This document shows, in pieces, positions 25,966-36,300 of a stretch of DNA of 64,000 nt; positions within the stretch are counted from its first letter, which is position 1; each line of letters opens with the position of its first letter. Below the pieces are notes generated by a model. The model worked only from the letters and a program-made list of their open reading frames with translations. It had not been told where the DNA came from and made no database searches. The stretch is from contig CAWAUV010000009.1 in NCBI GenBank assembly GCA_963785305.1, positions 352,001-416,000 of the forward strand, in the 5' to 3' direction. Source of the DNA: an uncultured Planctomycetaceae bacterium (GTDB taxonomy: Bacteria > Planctomycetota > Planctomycetia > Pirellulales > PALSA-1355). Both the position numbers and the translations under genes were made by a program.

Positions 25966-27525
25966 CTATGCCTCCACGCCCAGCAGTTTGCAGGCTTCTT
26001 CGTAGCCCGCTGCGCGGAAACCCTTCTTGTCGTCGCGGTTGTAGCCATAGGCGCTCGCCGTGACGCGGGCCAGGCCCACGACTTGGCGCCAGCGGAAGGC
26101 CGGGCGGATCGTGCGGTATTCCTCGGTCACGGTGTGGAAGTACTTCTCGCCGTGGAGCCGACCATCTTCGCTCACCGCGTACTTGAGCATCAGCCCAAAC
26201 ACCGGCTCGACCGAATAGCCGCGGTCGCCGTAAATCTGAATCGCGGCGGCGGCGCGCGGTTGGTCGTTGTGGCGGATCGCGTCTTCGGTTTCTGCCAAGA
26301 GCCCCGGCGCGTCTTCGATCTTGATGAGTTTTCGATGTTCGTCGGTCGGATAGGTAGGCGATTTGAACGGCGCCGATTGCACGCCGACATGATACGCGGC
26401 CACCATCAGACCCGAAACCGCGTGGCGGGACTCCGCCGCGCGGGCCATGTTGCGCCAGGCGTTCGTGGCGTCGGACGAATGCACACCGGCCGAGTCGCCG
26501 TGCGTTCGCCAGTCGCCCGGGCCTTGCCGGAGCACGAATTGATTGGCCGCCAGCGAAATCGCTTCGCCCACCACTTCCGGATCGATGCCTTCGGCTAGCG
26601 CCGCGGCAACAGCCTCCGCGGCCTTTTCTTTCGGGCCGTTGTAGATAGTTTGGCTGAGTTTATCGACGGCATCGTCTCCCGGATCGCGCTTGCCGAGCGG
26701 CTTGCCCGCGAGCTTGTAATCGTCGAGCAGCTTGGGCACGAGCGACCGGATCACGGGTTCGGCCTGCTTTTGCGAAATCCGGCGTCCCTCTTCATCGACG
26801 CAGAACCGCACGCATTGGCGCAGCAGCGAGTGGGAATATTCGTTGCCCAAAAGGCCCGCGAGTCCAAATGTGCGGTAGGCGAAGACAAAGCGGTGGACAT
26901 TCAGGTCGTCTTGCACCGCCGGCTGCAGGGCATTGAAGGCGTCGAGCGTCGAGCTGGCCGAGGCGAGCAGCGATTCGCCTTGGGGCACATCGCGCTGCCG
27001 GCAGGCGTCGCGAATCTTGAGGCCCAGGTCGTCGCCGATCGCATGCTCGGCGATATGTTCGGCCAGCGCCATGGCGCGGAGTTGTGTCGCCTTGCAGCCG
27101 CCGGCGTTTTGAATTTGCTGGGAATTGCGATACAGCACCTTGAGCACCGGCAGCGGCTTCCGCGCCGTGGCCAACTGGCGGCTCATTTCGAGCGAGGGAA
27201 GCATGGCCATCGCCGTGTGGAAACCGACATAGTCGCAGCCGCCAAATGCGATCGCATTGGCCAGGGCGCCGGCGCCAATGAGCGTGGGAAGATCGGACTC
27301 GCCCTTGAGAATCTTCGTGGCCAGCAGCGGCTGGAGCCGATCGGCCGGCACGCAACGCATCAGCTCCACGAGCTCGGCGTATTTGCCGGTCGGGATTGTT
27401 TCGGGCCCTTGAGCGGCAAACGCCGCCGAGGAGCCCAGGTCTTGGGCCAGAGTCGCTCCGAGGCCGGCGGCCAACATCCCGCGACCAACATCCGAGAGAA
27501 ACGCGCGACGGTCGAGCGCAGCCAT
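25966..27525 (-). CDS. Conserved hypothetical protein with twin-arginine (Tat)-like signal
   Basis: DRRAFL followed by a hydrophobic stretch and AFA; helical body with several His motifs; GGAG ribosome-binding site. Confidence 0.7.
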   Translation of the reverse strand: MAALDRRAFLSDVGRGMLAAGLGATLAQDLGSSAAFAAQGPETIPTGKYAELVELMRCVPADRLQPLLATKILKGESDLPTLIGAGALANAIAFGGCDYVGFHTAMAMLPSLEMSRQLATARKPLPVLKVLYRNSQQIQNAGGCKATQLRAMALAEHIAEHAIGDDLGLKIRDACRQRDVPQGESLLASASSTLDAFNALQPAVQDDLNVHRFVFAYRTFGLAGLLGNEYSHSLLRQCVRFCVDEEGRRISQKQAEPVIRSLVPKLLDDYKLAGKPLGKRDPGDDAVDKLSQTIYNGPKEKAAEAVAAALAEGIDPEVVGEAISLAANQFVLRQGPGDWRTHGDSAGVHSSDATNAWRNMARAAESRHAVSGLMVAAYHVGVQSAPFKSPTYPTDEHRKLIKIEDAPGLLAETEDAIRHNDQPRAAAAIQIYGDRGYSVEPVFGLMLKYAVSEDGRLHGEKYFHTVTEEYRTIRPAFRWRQVVGLARVTASAYGYNRDDKKGFRAAGYEEACKLLGVEA

Positions 27526-27856
27526 GGCAAATTCTCCAGCTTTCGACGGGGTTTGTTCGATGGGGATCGAGTTCGTGCTTCCGATTGGCCCGGCGCAAAG
27601 CCGCGCTTCGGAGTCTCGACCCGGTAATTTCTAGAACGGAGGGGCGTTACATGAAAGCGCGAAATTCTCGGCCGAGCGAAAGCTATCCGGCAACTTGCAT
27701 TTAAGCGGCGAAATTATTGTCGAGCGTCGCCGCGGCTGTAACGGTTGGCCGTTATGATAGATAGCGGGCAATCGCCGGCAAGCCTATTGAAATATTCAAC
27801 AGGCTGCCGGTCCCCCCAATATCCCGCGTCGTTCGCATGCCAAGGCTCGTGTTCCG

Positions 27857-29792
27857 ATGAATGCGCCCGTTTCTCCAGCGGCGTGCCCCGATGCCGACGA
27901 AATTCGCCGGTTCTTGCTCGGTGGCGATAATCCCGCGCGCGAATTCGCTGGGCGTGCACCTCGAGGCGTGCGAATCGTGCCAACGGCGGCTGGAAGCGCT
28001 CGACCAACACTCCGGCGAGTTGATCGGTCGCCTCGCCGAGCTCGAGACGCGTTCCAGGCCGCCAAGCGGCGCCGACGAGGCCGCGGCTCGGCTCGTGGCG
28101 GCGGTGCTTTCGGGCGCCGGCTGGAGCGAATCCCAGATCGCGGCCGACGCGGGCAAGGACCTTGCGAGCCGGCTTCTCAAGGGCGTCGTGCGGCTCGACC
28201 GATTCGAACTTCGCGCGGAGTTGGGGGTAGGATCGTTTGGCTATGTGTTCGAGGCTTGGGACCCGCGGCTGCAGCGCGTCGTGGCGCTCAAGGTGCAGCG
28301 GGCCGGCGGCTTGGCTTCGCCCGAGGAGGCACAGCGATTTTTGCGCGAGGCGCGCAGTGTCGCCCAGCTTCAGCATCCGGGCATTATGTCGCTCCACGAA
28401 ACCGGCCAGACCGACGACGGCGTTTGGTACCTGGTATGTGAACATATCCAGGGCCAGACCCTCGAGGAGCGGCTCAAAAGCGGCGCTTTGCCGCCGAGGG
28501 AAGCCGCCCGGATCGCCAGCGAGTTGGGCGACGCCTTGCAGTATGCCCATGAACATGGCGTGGTGCATCGCGACGTGAAACCATCGAACATTCTGCTCGA
28601 TCGCGCGGACCGGGCGCGCCTGATGGATTTCGGCATGGCCAAACGCGCCGCCGACGATTCGACCATGACCTCCGAGGGACGCGTGCTGGGCACTCCGGCT
28701 TATATGTCGCCCGAGCAAGCGGCCGGTAAATCGCACGATGTCGACTCACGCAGCGACATTTACAGCCTCGGCGTCGTGCTCTACGAAATGCTCTGCGGCA
28801 CGCGGCCCTTTCACGGCAATCGCCGCCTGCTGCTGCTGCAAGTCCTGGAAGACGATCCGCGTCCGCCGAGCGCTATCAAGTCGGGCTTGCCGCGGGATCT
28901 CGAGGTGATTTGTCTCAAGGCGCTCGGCAAATCGCCAACGCGCCGCTATGGCTCTGCCCGGGAGATGGCCGACGATCTGCGCCGCTTTTTGCAAGGCCAG
29001 CCGATCTTGGCGCGGCCGATGGGGCCTTTCGAACGCACTCTGCGCTGGTGCCGCCGGTATCCGTTGGCGGTGAGCGTGCTGCTCGCGCTCGTCGTGGGTT
29101 CGTCGGCTGGGCTTTGGTATTTGTCGAGCCTTTCGGAATTTTTCGTGCGGCAAACCGCGCTCGAAAGCGCCCGGCTCGAAACTAAAATGCTCGACGAAGT
29201 GTGGCGGTTCTATAGCGACGAAATTTCGGATCTCGATCCGAAGATCACCCATGTCGCGATCACGGAAAACTATCGCAACGTGCATCCGGCCCTGCCGCTG
29301 CCGGCCACGTTCGCCATCGACCTGGGCGAACGGATCAGCCGCCGCAGTCCGGGCATGAAAGTTCGCGTCTATAGCCGTTATCCCTGGCCGACGCGCAAGG
29401 ATGGTGGTCCCGAAAACGCGCTCGATGTCGAAGCGCTGGCCTGGCTCGAGGCCCGCGCCACGCCGAGCGACGATCCGCCGGCCGAGTTCGCCGAGTTCGT
29501 CAGCGACGAGAACCATCGCAAACTGATCTACTACACGGCCCGGCACATGGAGAAAAGCTGCGTCGCGTGTCACAATTATCCCGAGGGGCGGAGTCCGAAA
29601 AAAGATTGGAAGGAAGGCGATGTGGGCGGAGTGCTCAAGATCGTTCGCCCGCTCGATCGCGAGATTGAAAACACCGAGGCCGGCCTGCGCGGCGCGTTTC
29701 TTCTGATGGGCACGACCGCGTCGCTGCTGCTCGTTGCCAGCGTGGCGGTCTTGGTCGTCGCCGAGCGGCGGCGAAAGGTCGCCGGGCCATGA
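27857..29792 (+). CDS. Ser/Thr protein kinase with N-terminal anti-sigma-type zinc finger and periplasmic heme-c (DUF3365/Tll0287-like) domain (frameshift near 27930)
   Basis: CP...HLEACESC; GVGSFG, VALK, HRDVKPSN, DFG, GTPAYMSPE; two TM helices flank a domain containing CVACH. Confidence 0.88.
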
Positions 29793-30442
29793 GCGGTCGC
29801 GAGGATTCCGACGAGCTCGCCCGCGGTGGCGAATCGACTTCGCGCAGTCTGCTGGCCAATGCCCGGCTCGATGTCTCGCAAGCTTGGGAGCGGCTCGTTC
29901 GTCTCTATACACCGCTGGTGGCGTCGTGGTGCGGGCGCTGGGGCGTGGCGCCGCAAGACGTGGGCGATGTGTTGCAAGATGTATTTTCGGCCGTGGCCCG
30001 GCGGCTGGATCGATTTCGCAAAGACCGCCCGGCCGACACATTCCGCGGCTGGCTATTCACGATCGCCCATAATAAGGCGCGCGACCACTTTCGCCGCCGG
30101 GCCGCCGAGCCCAGAGCCGAAGGCGGCGCCGAGGCCATGCGACACTTGCAACAAATTCGCGACGCCAGCGACCCGGCCGAGAGCGATATCGGACCCGACG
30201 ACACGCTGCTCGACGATCTCTTGCGAAGGGCGCTTGAACTGGTGCGGCCCGAGTTTCATGAACGCACTTGGCAAGCGTTTTGGCAGGTGGTGGTCGGCGG
30301 ACGCGCGACCGCCGATGTGGCCGCGGACCTGAAAATGTCGCCCGGCGCGGTCCGCGTGGCGAAGTCCCGCGTGCTCCTGCGCCTCCGCCGCGAACTGGGA
30401 GACGAGCCGGGCGAGGAAGACCATGTCTCGTCCAATGAGTAA
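29789..30442 (+). CDS. ECF sigma-70 factor
   Basis: STSRSLL, AWERLVRLYTPLV, DVLQDVF, TFRGWLFTIAHNK, VAADLKMSPGAVRVAKSRVL; 4-bp overlap with the kinase gene. Confidence 0.92.
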   Translation: MSGREDSDELARGGESTSRSLLANARLDVSQAWERLVRLYTPLVASWCGRWGVAPQDVGDVLQDVFSAVARRLDRFRKDRPADTFRGWLFTIAHNKARDHFRRRAAEPRAEGGAEAMRHLQQIRDASDPAESDIGPDDTLLDDLLRRALELVRPEFHERTWQAFWQVVVGGRATADVAADLKMSPGAVRVAKSRVLLRLRRELGDEPGEEDHVSSNE

Positions 30443-30477
30443 ATGCCGACGCCCTGTTAAATATTTCAACCGGGCGG

Positions 30478-31263
30478 TCAAGAGCGCAATGCGCTATCGA
30501 GCGGCTTGGGGTCCATCGAACTCGTGGCGGGCGTCGTTTGCCCAGGCAGCGCCTCGCTGGTCACGGCGAGCATGGTTTTGAGTTGGCTTTCAATTGCTTC
30601 CAGCAGCGGGTCTTCTTTCGATGCGCGGTTGCGCTCCGGGTTCACCGCGATCGCCTCGCCGATCACGACTGTCGCCTCGACAGGCCGGTAGGCTCGGCAC
30701 TCGTCCGTGAGATCCTCTTCCAGCCGCTCGACGGTTTCGAGTAGCCGATCGGGCGTGGGCGAAGACTCGATATAGTCCGACGGGTAGAACGAAACCTGTT
30801 GGGCCAGATACATATCGGCCAATTGTCGCCAGCGGCGATCGCGTTCGGCGTCGGTGACTTCGCCGCGAGCCATGTCGGGCAAGATCGCGGAGCGAAGCTT
30901 TTTGACGCGTCCCACGACGGTTGTGTCGCGATTGCCTTGCAGCCATTCATTTTCGAGCGGCGAGAGCAGGTGGTCGATCAGCCCCTCGAGCCGTTGGGCC
31001 AACGTGCCCGGCCGCGTGGCTCCGAAATATTCCATCTCCTTGAGCGCCAAGATCGCGAGGCCCAGTTTGATGATCCGTTCGGCTAGCGGCATCTCGCGCC
31101 GCGGGCGCCAGGATAGGCGATGCTCGAGCTCGTCGAGCGTCGGCGCGAGAGCCTTCGCGAGGTCGCCGCGAAAGTGATACCGCAATGCCACCGGATGCGT
31201 GACCACGCGCCCGCCGGGCTTGGCGGGAACCAAGACGATCGCCGAGCGCGTCTGGCGGAGCAT
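30478..31263 (-). pseudogene. C-terminal part of a glycerol/phospholipid acyltransferase-like protein (N-terminal catalytic part not found)
   Basis: GRVVTHPVALRY...ETVERLEEDL...VVIGEAI resembles the tail of planctomycete PlsC-like proteins; no NHxxxxD or FPEG motif upstream. Confidence 0.5.
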
Positions 31264-31600
31264 CGCCGCCGGCCATTTTTATCCCAGCCCCTCGCCCATG
31301 AATTGTTCGGCCTGCGCCTTTCGCGAGCCATGCCGTGACTGGCGGGGATGAACGCGACGAACCGACAGTCTGTAAACCGTGACCGCAATCTACCCGTCCG
31401 CGCCGCAATCCACGGCGCGGGCGGTTTTTTTAGCTATTGCGAGAATTCGCACCCCGGCCCGAGCGCTCGTCGGCACGAAAGGTTTCAATGACTTTGCCGC
31501 TTCAAAAAAAGCGAGCTTCACGGCAAACGCCGCATCGGACTTTCCCGCGCCGACCATGGAAGTCGCCCGCACGAAAATCAGCAACACTTTCGGCGCATCT

Positions 31601-32788
31601 CTACTCGCCCGCGAGCTGTTCTAAATCGTCCGCCAGCTCCCGCAGGGCGGCTAGCGGATCGTCGAGGGCATGCTTTTCGGCGAAGCGACGAGCGGCCTCA
31701 CCGTAGTTGGGCGACGCGAGCACTTGTCGCAGTTTCGTTTCCACGGCCGACGGATTGCCTGGGTCGGCGAGGTCCGCAAAACCTTCCTGACGCGCTCGGC
31801 GAGCTTGCATGAGCTGTTCCCAGTAGAGCGGTAGCAGGAAGGAGGGCTTGCCGGCGAGCAGCATCGCGGCGAGCGTTCCGTGCCCGCCGTTAAGAATCGC
31901 CAAGTCGCACTCGGCCGCGGCTTGGCAAATGTCGAGCGGCTCGCGATGGAAATGCAAGTTCACGGTAGCATGACGCCGCTCGAGCGCGGGATCGAAGCGA
32001 TCGAGATAAGCCACCGTCGGAAAGCGCCATGTGGCCAAGCATTGCAGCAGGGCCCCGAGCGCGGGAAATGGCTTCAGGTAAACGAAAATCCGCTTGCCAT
32101 CGCCGGGCGGCCAGCGAAACGGCTTGCCGAACGCGTCGGGCTGACATCCATAATAGCGAATCTCCGATCGCGGCCCGAAATGGTCGAGCTCCGGGTACGT
32201 GCAAAGTAGCGTGGCATCGACCTGACGATAAAGATCGGCAAGGCTTTCCAGTGGCGGCTGGCCGCGGGCCAAGAGTAATTGGCGCGCATTTCCGAGGGCC
32301 CTTCCGTCGGCGGCGGGGTCCGGCGGATTGGCCGACGCCTGGGCACGCAGGCGAGGCAAATCAGGCTCGGTCGTTGGACACGAAAACCCGACCCCGATCA
32401 CGACGCGGCGAAACTCATGCTCTCGGGCCGCGAGCAGCGCCATGGGGCTATGTTCGAAGAGCACGACGTCCGGTTTTGTCGCTTGAAAGATCGATCGCCA
32501 AGCCGCGGCGCGGATCGAAAGCCGCTCGTAGTCGCCGAAACCGACGTTCGCCAGCATCTGCCCAAACGTCTCGGGCTTGTCCATTCCCGGCGCCTGCCGC
32601 GGCAATGAAAAGGGCGCCTGCCAATACGACACGTCGAGATGGCCGAACACGCGGCCGGCATGCGTCAGATCTCGCAGGGCCAAGTCGACCCGATGCCCGC
32701 GACGAACGAGCTCGCCGACGATCGGCTTGAGGCCGCCGAGGTGCCCCAGTCCGCCGCCCAGTTCCCAAGTCACGAGGAATTTCGCCAT
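31601..32788 (-). CDS. GT-B fold glycosyltransferase (GT1/GT28-like)
   Basis: WELGGGLGH, RGHRV, KPDVVL, NGGHGT...LLAGKP...EQ. Confidence 0.85.
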   Translation of the reverse strand: MAKFLVTWELGGGLGHLGGLKPIVGELVRRGHRVDLALRDLTHAGRVFGHLDVSYWQAPFSLPRQAPGMDKPETFGQMLANVGFGDYERLSIRAAAWRSIFQATKPDVVLFEHSPMALLAAREHEFRRVVIGVGFSCPTTEPDLPRLRAQASANPPDPAADGRALGNARQLLLARGQPPLESLADLYRQVDATLLCTYPELDHFGPRSEIRYYGCQPDAFGKPFRWPPGDGKRIFVYLKPFPALGALLQCLATWRFPTVAYLDRFDPALERRHATVNLHFHREPLDICQAAAECDLAILNGGHGTLAAMLLAGKPSFLLPLYWEQLMQARRARQEGFADLADPGNPSAVETKLRQVLASPNYGEAARRFAEKHALDDPLAALRELADDLEQLAGE

Positions 32789-33372
32789 CGGCGTTCACGG
32801 CAACGAAGGGGAAAAAGGCGGCGGAGAGAGTTCTCGCGGCATTGTTCTCAGCGTTCTCCGCAAAGGTCACCAATCATCGCAACCAAATTCTTGTTCACAA
32901 GCCTCGACCAAATATTCGGAAGCGGAATGAGCCTGCGGCATGACGTCGCTCGGTATCCCGGTCGACGGCGGATGCAATTCGCCGCGAAATAGGCCAGCTT
33001 TCAGTGAGGCGGCGCGCGAAAGAGCCAACGACGGAGCATTGTCCGCACTATACGCCTAATCGCCCTAAAAAAATATTTTGTTGCTGCGCAAGCTCTTTTG
33101 CCAGAATTAGTCATGCGGATTAACACCCCCCGATTGGAAAGGCGTGGAAGATTGCATTCCTTAACTGGGGATTCTAAATTCTCCGCTCCAGCGGGGTAGA
33201 CCGGCGCATTCACGCACTGCCCCTCCACGGATGGCGCTCTCTTTTTATCAACCCGTTTTGCTTCGCCTGGTAATGACGAAAATGCCGCGGCGTCGGCGCG
33301 GTAGCGCTGTGCCTTTGGCGTTTCCGGGGTCTTTTCAAACTCACGAGCCATCTCTTCGCAGGGAGACGTTCG

Positions 33373-36300
33373 ATGCGGCTTTCACCTCGCTCTTGGAGGA
33401 ATACCGCCCGCGTTCTTGGGCTCGAGATTCGTGTCAAGCGGCGGCCCCGCCCCCAGAGCCGGCGAGCGGTTCTAGAGTCCCTTGAAGCGCGTCAACTGAT
33501 GCACGCCTCTTCGGTGGTCGTGGATACTTCGATATCCGCGTCGGGCTACGGAGAGACTGTGGTTTTCACGGCCGATGTGACGCCGGCCGACGGATATGAC
33601 GCCACCCCGACCGGCACGGTGGATTTTGTTGATAGTTCCACCGGCACGGACCTGGGAACTGAAACGCTCGACGGCAACGGCGACGCCACGCTCACCACCG
33701 ACTTGTTGAACGCCGGCGATCACACGATCGTCGCCACCTATAGCGGCGATTCGAACTTCGATTCCAGCAGCGCGTCGGTCGATCAAGAGTTCGATCAAGC
33801 TGCCGCGAGCGTGCAATTCGCCTCCTCGGCCGATGACGTGGTGTATGGCCAACCGGTCACGCTCACGGCGAACGTCGCCGCCTATGGCGGATATGCAGGC
33901 ACGCCGACCGGCTCGGTCGATTTCTACGACGAGACGACCGGCGAGGACCTGGGTTCCGCGTCTCTCGATGGCAGCGGCGACGCCAGCATGACTCTCCCCG
34001 ACCTTAGCGTCGGCGATCACACGATCGAAGTCACCTATAGCGGCGACGGAAATTTCCTGGGAGGCTCGAGCGATTCTTACGTCGATGGCGGCAATTCGTT
34101 TGTCCAAGAGATCGATCAGGCTTCGGTGGTGGTCTCGGCGGAAACATCGAGCTCGTCGGCGAACTACGGGGACTACCTCACATTCACGGCCACGGTGAGC
34201 GCGGCCGGTGGTAGCTCCGGCACGCCCACCGGATCGGTCGATTTTTATGACGAGAGCACGGAGCAGGACTTGGGCTCGATTGAACTCGACGGCACGGGCA
34301 CGGCGAGCTTATCGACTTCCAATCTGGGCGTTGGCGATCAGTCGATCGAAGCGATTTATAGCGGGGACTCGTATTTCGCGTCTGGCAACGCTTCGTTCGA
34401 TCAGCAAGTCAGTGCCCCGACAGGAATATCGATTTCTTCGTCCGATGGAACGTCGTTCGCATACGGCCAAACGGCCAATCTCGAGGCGTTTGTTTACTCT
34501 TACGGCGGCGTTCCGACCGGTTCGGTTGACTTTTACAACGAATTGACCGGCGTGGATTATGGCTCGGTCGAACTCGATGGCTCCGGATACGCGGGGCTCG
34601 CAACGGGCGATATTGGTGTCGGAGATGACGAGATCGTCGCCACATACAATGGCGAGGGCGGTTTCGAGAGTAGCAACGCGTCGTTGGAGGTAGATGTTTA
34701 TGCCACGTCGTCGGTGGTATTGACAAGCTCTATTCCAAATCCTTCCGTCTATGGCGAATCGGTTACGTTCGCGGCCGCGGTTTCAGGAAGCTATGGTGGC
34801 GTCGCCACCGGCACGGTCGATTTCTATGACGAAACAACCGGTGAGGACCTGGGAACCGTCGCCCTCGATGGCAATGGCGACGCCAATCTTTCCACCAGCA
34901 ATCTCTCGGTCGAAGACCATACGATCGTCGCCACCTATAGCGGCGACTCGAACCTGTACGGCAGCCAAGACTCGTTGACACAGGAAGTGGACTACGGCAC
35001 GACAACGACCCTCTCGAGCAGCACGCCTAATCCATCGATCTACGGCGAAAACGTGACGTTCACCGCCGTCGTCAGCGCTAGCAATGGGGTGTCAGGCATT
35101 CCCACCGGCTCGGTCGACTTCTACGACGAAACGACGGGACAAGACTTGGGGACGGCCACCCTTGACGGCAATGGCGACGCCAGTCTTTCAGTCGGCAATC
35201 TCATTGCCGAAGATCATTCGATCGTCGCCACATATAGCGGCGACTCGAACTGGGACGAAAGCCAGGACTCGCTCACGCAAGAAGTCGAATACGCTCCGAC
35301 AACGATCCTCGCAAGCGGCGAGCCCGATCCTTCCGCGTACGGCCAGCCATTAACGCTCACCGCCGTGGTTTCGAACTCCTACGGGGGCGTCCCAACCGGC
35401 TCGGTGGACTTCTACGACGAAACCACGAGCACCGATCTCGGCACTTATAGTCTCGACGACACGGGCATGGCCAGCTTCTCGACTTCGGGCCTGCCGGTTG
35501 GCGATCAAGCTATCGTGGCCAGCTATAGCGGGGACTCGAATTACTATTCTTCGTCGGCCACGACCGATTCGATGGTCTACAGCATTGGCCCGAGCATCAG
35601 CGCACCGAGCGGCCAAACCGGCGATGAAGACGTTCCGATATCGTTTTCGAGTAGTGGCGGCAGCGCCATCACCGTCAACGATCCGGATGTTACGAACCTC
35701 TCCGTGACGCTTTCCGTCGCGAACGGGATCTTGAACTTGGGCTGGAACGTCGACTCCAGTCTGAATGTTTCCGGGCAAGGTTCGAGCTTGCTCACGATCG
35801 AGGGCGATCAGTCGCTCATCAATCAAGCGCTGGATGGTCTTTATTATACGGCCGACCCGGATTTTTACGGCAGCGACACGCTGTCGATCACCGCCGACGA
35901 CTTGAGCGGCTCAGCCGATGGCACGGACCATACCACAACTTCTAGCGTGTCGATTACTGTCCTAACGCCGCCGAGTCTAAGTGTGCCGGGCGACCAAGTG
36001 ATGGCGGCCTTCGGCGGCGATGCCGGCGGCGCGGTAACTTTTTCAGCGGCGAACGGCTCCGCCATCACGGTCGGCGATTCCAATTCCGCTGTGAGCATCT
36101 TACAAGTCGCTCTTTCCGATAATTACGGCAACCTCGATCTGGCGGATACCAGTGGAATAACGTTCGACGAAGGAAGCAACAATAGCCAAAGCTTCACGAT
36201 CGAGGGCACGGTTGCCGACTTGAACAATGCTCTCGACGGACTGACCTATCAACAGGAAAGCTTTGGCTCGATCAACCCCGACACACTCACCGTGAGTGTC

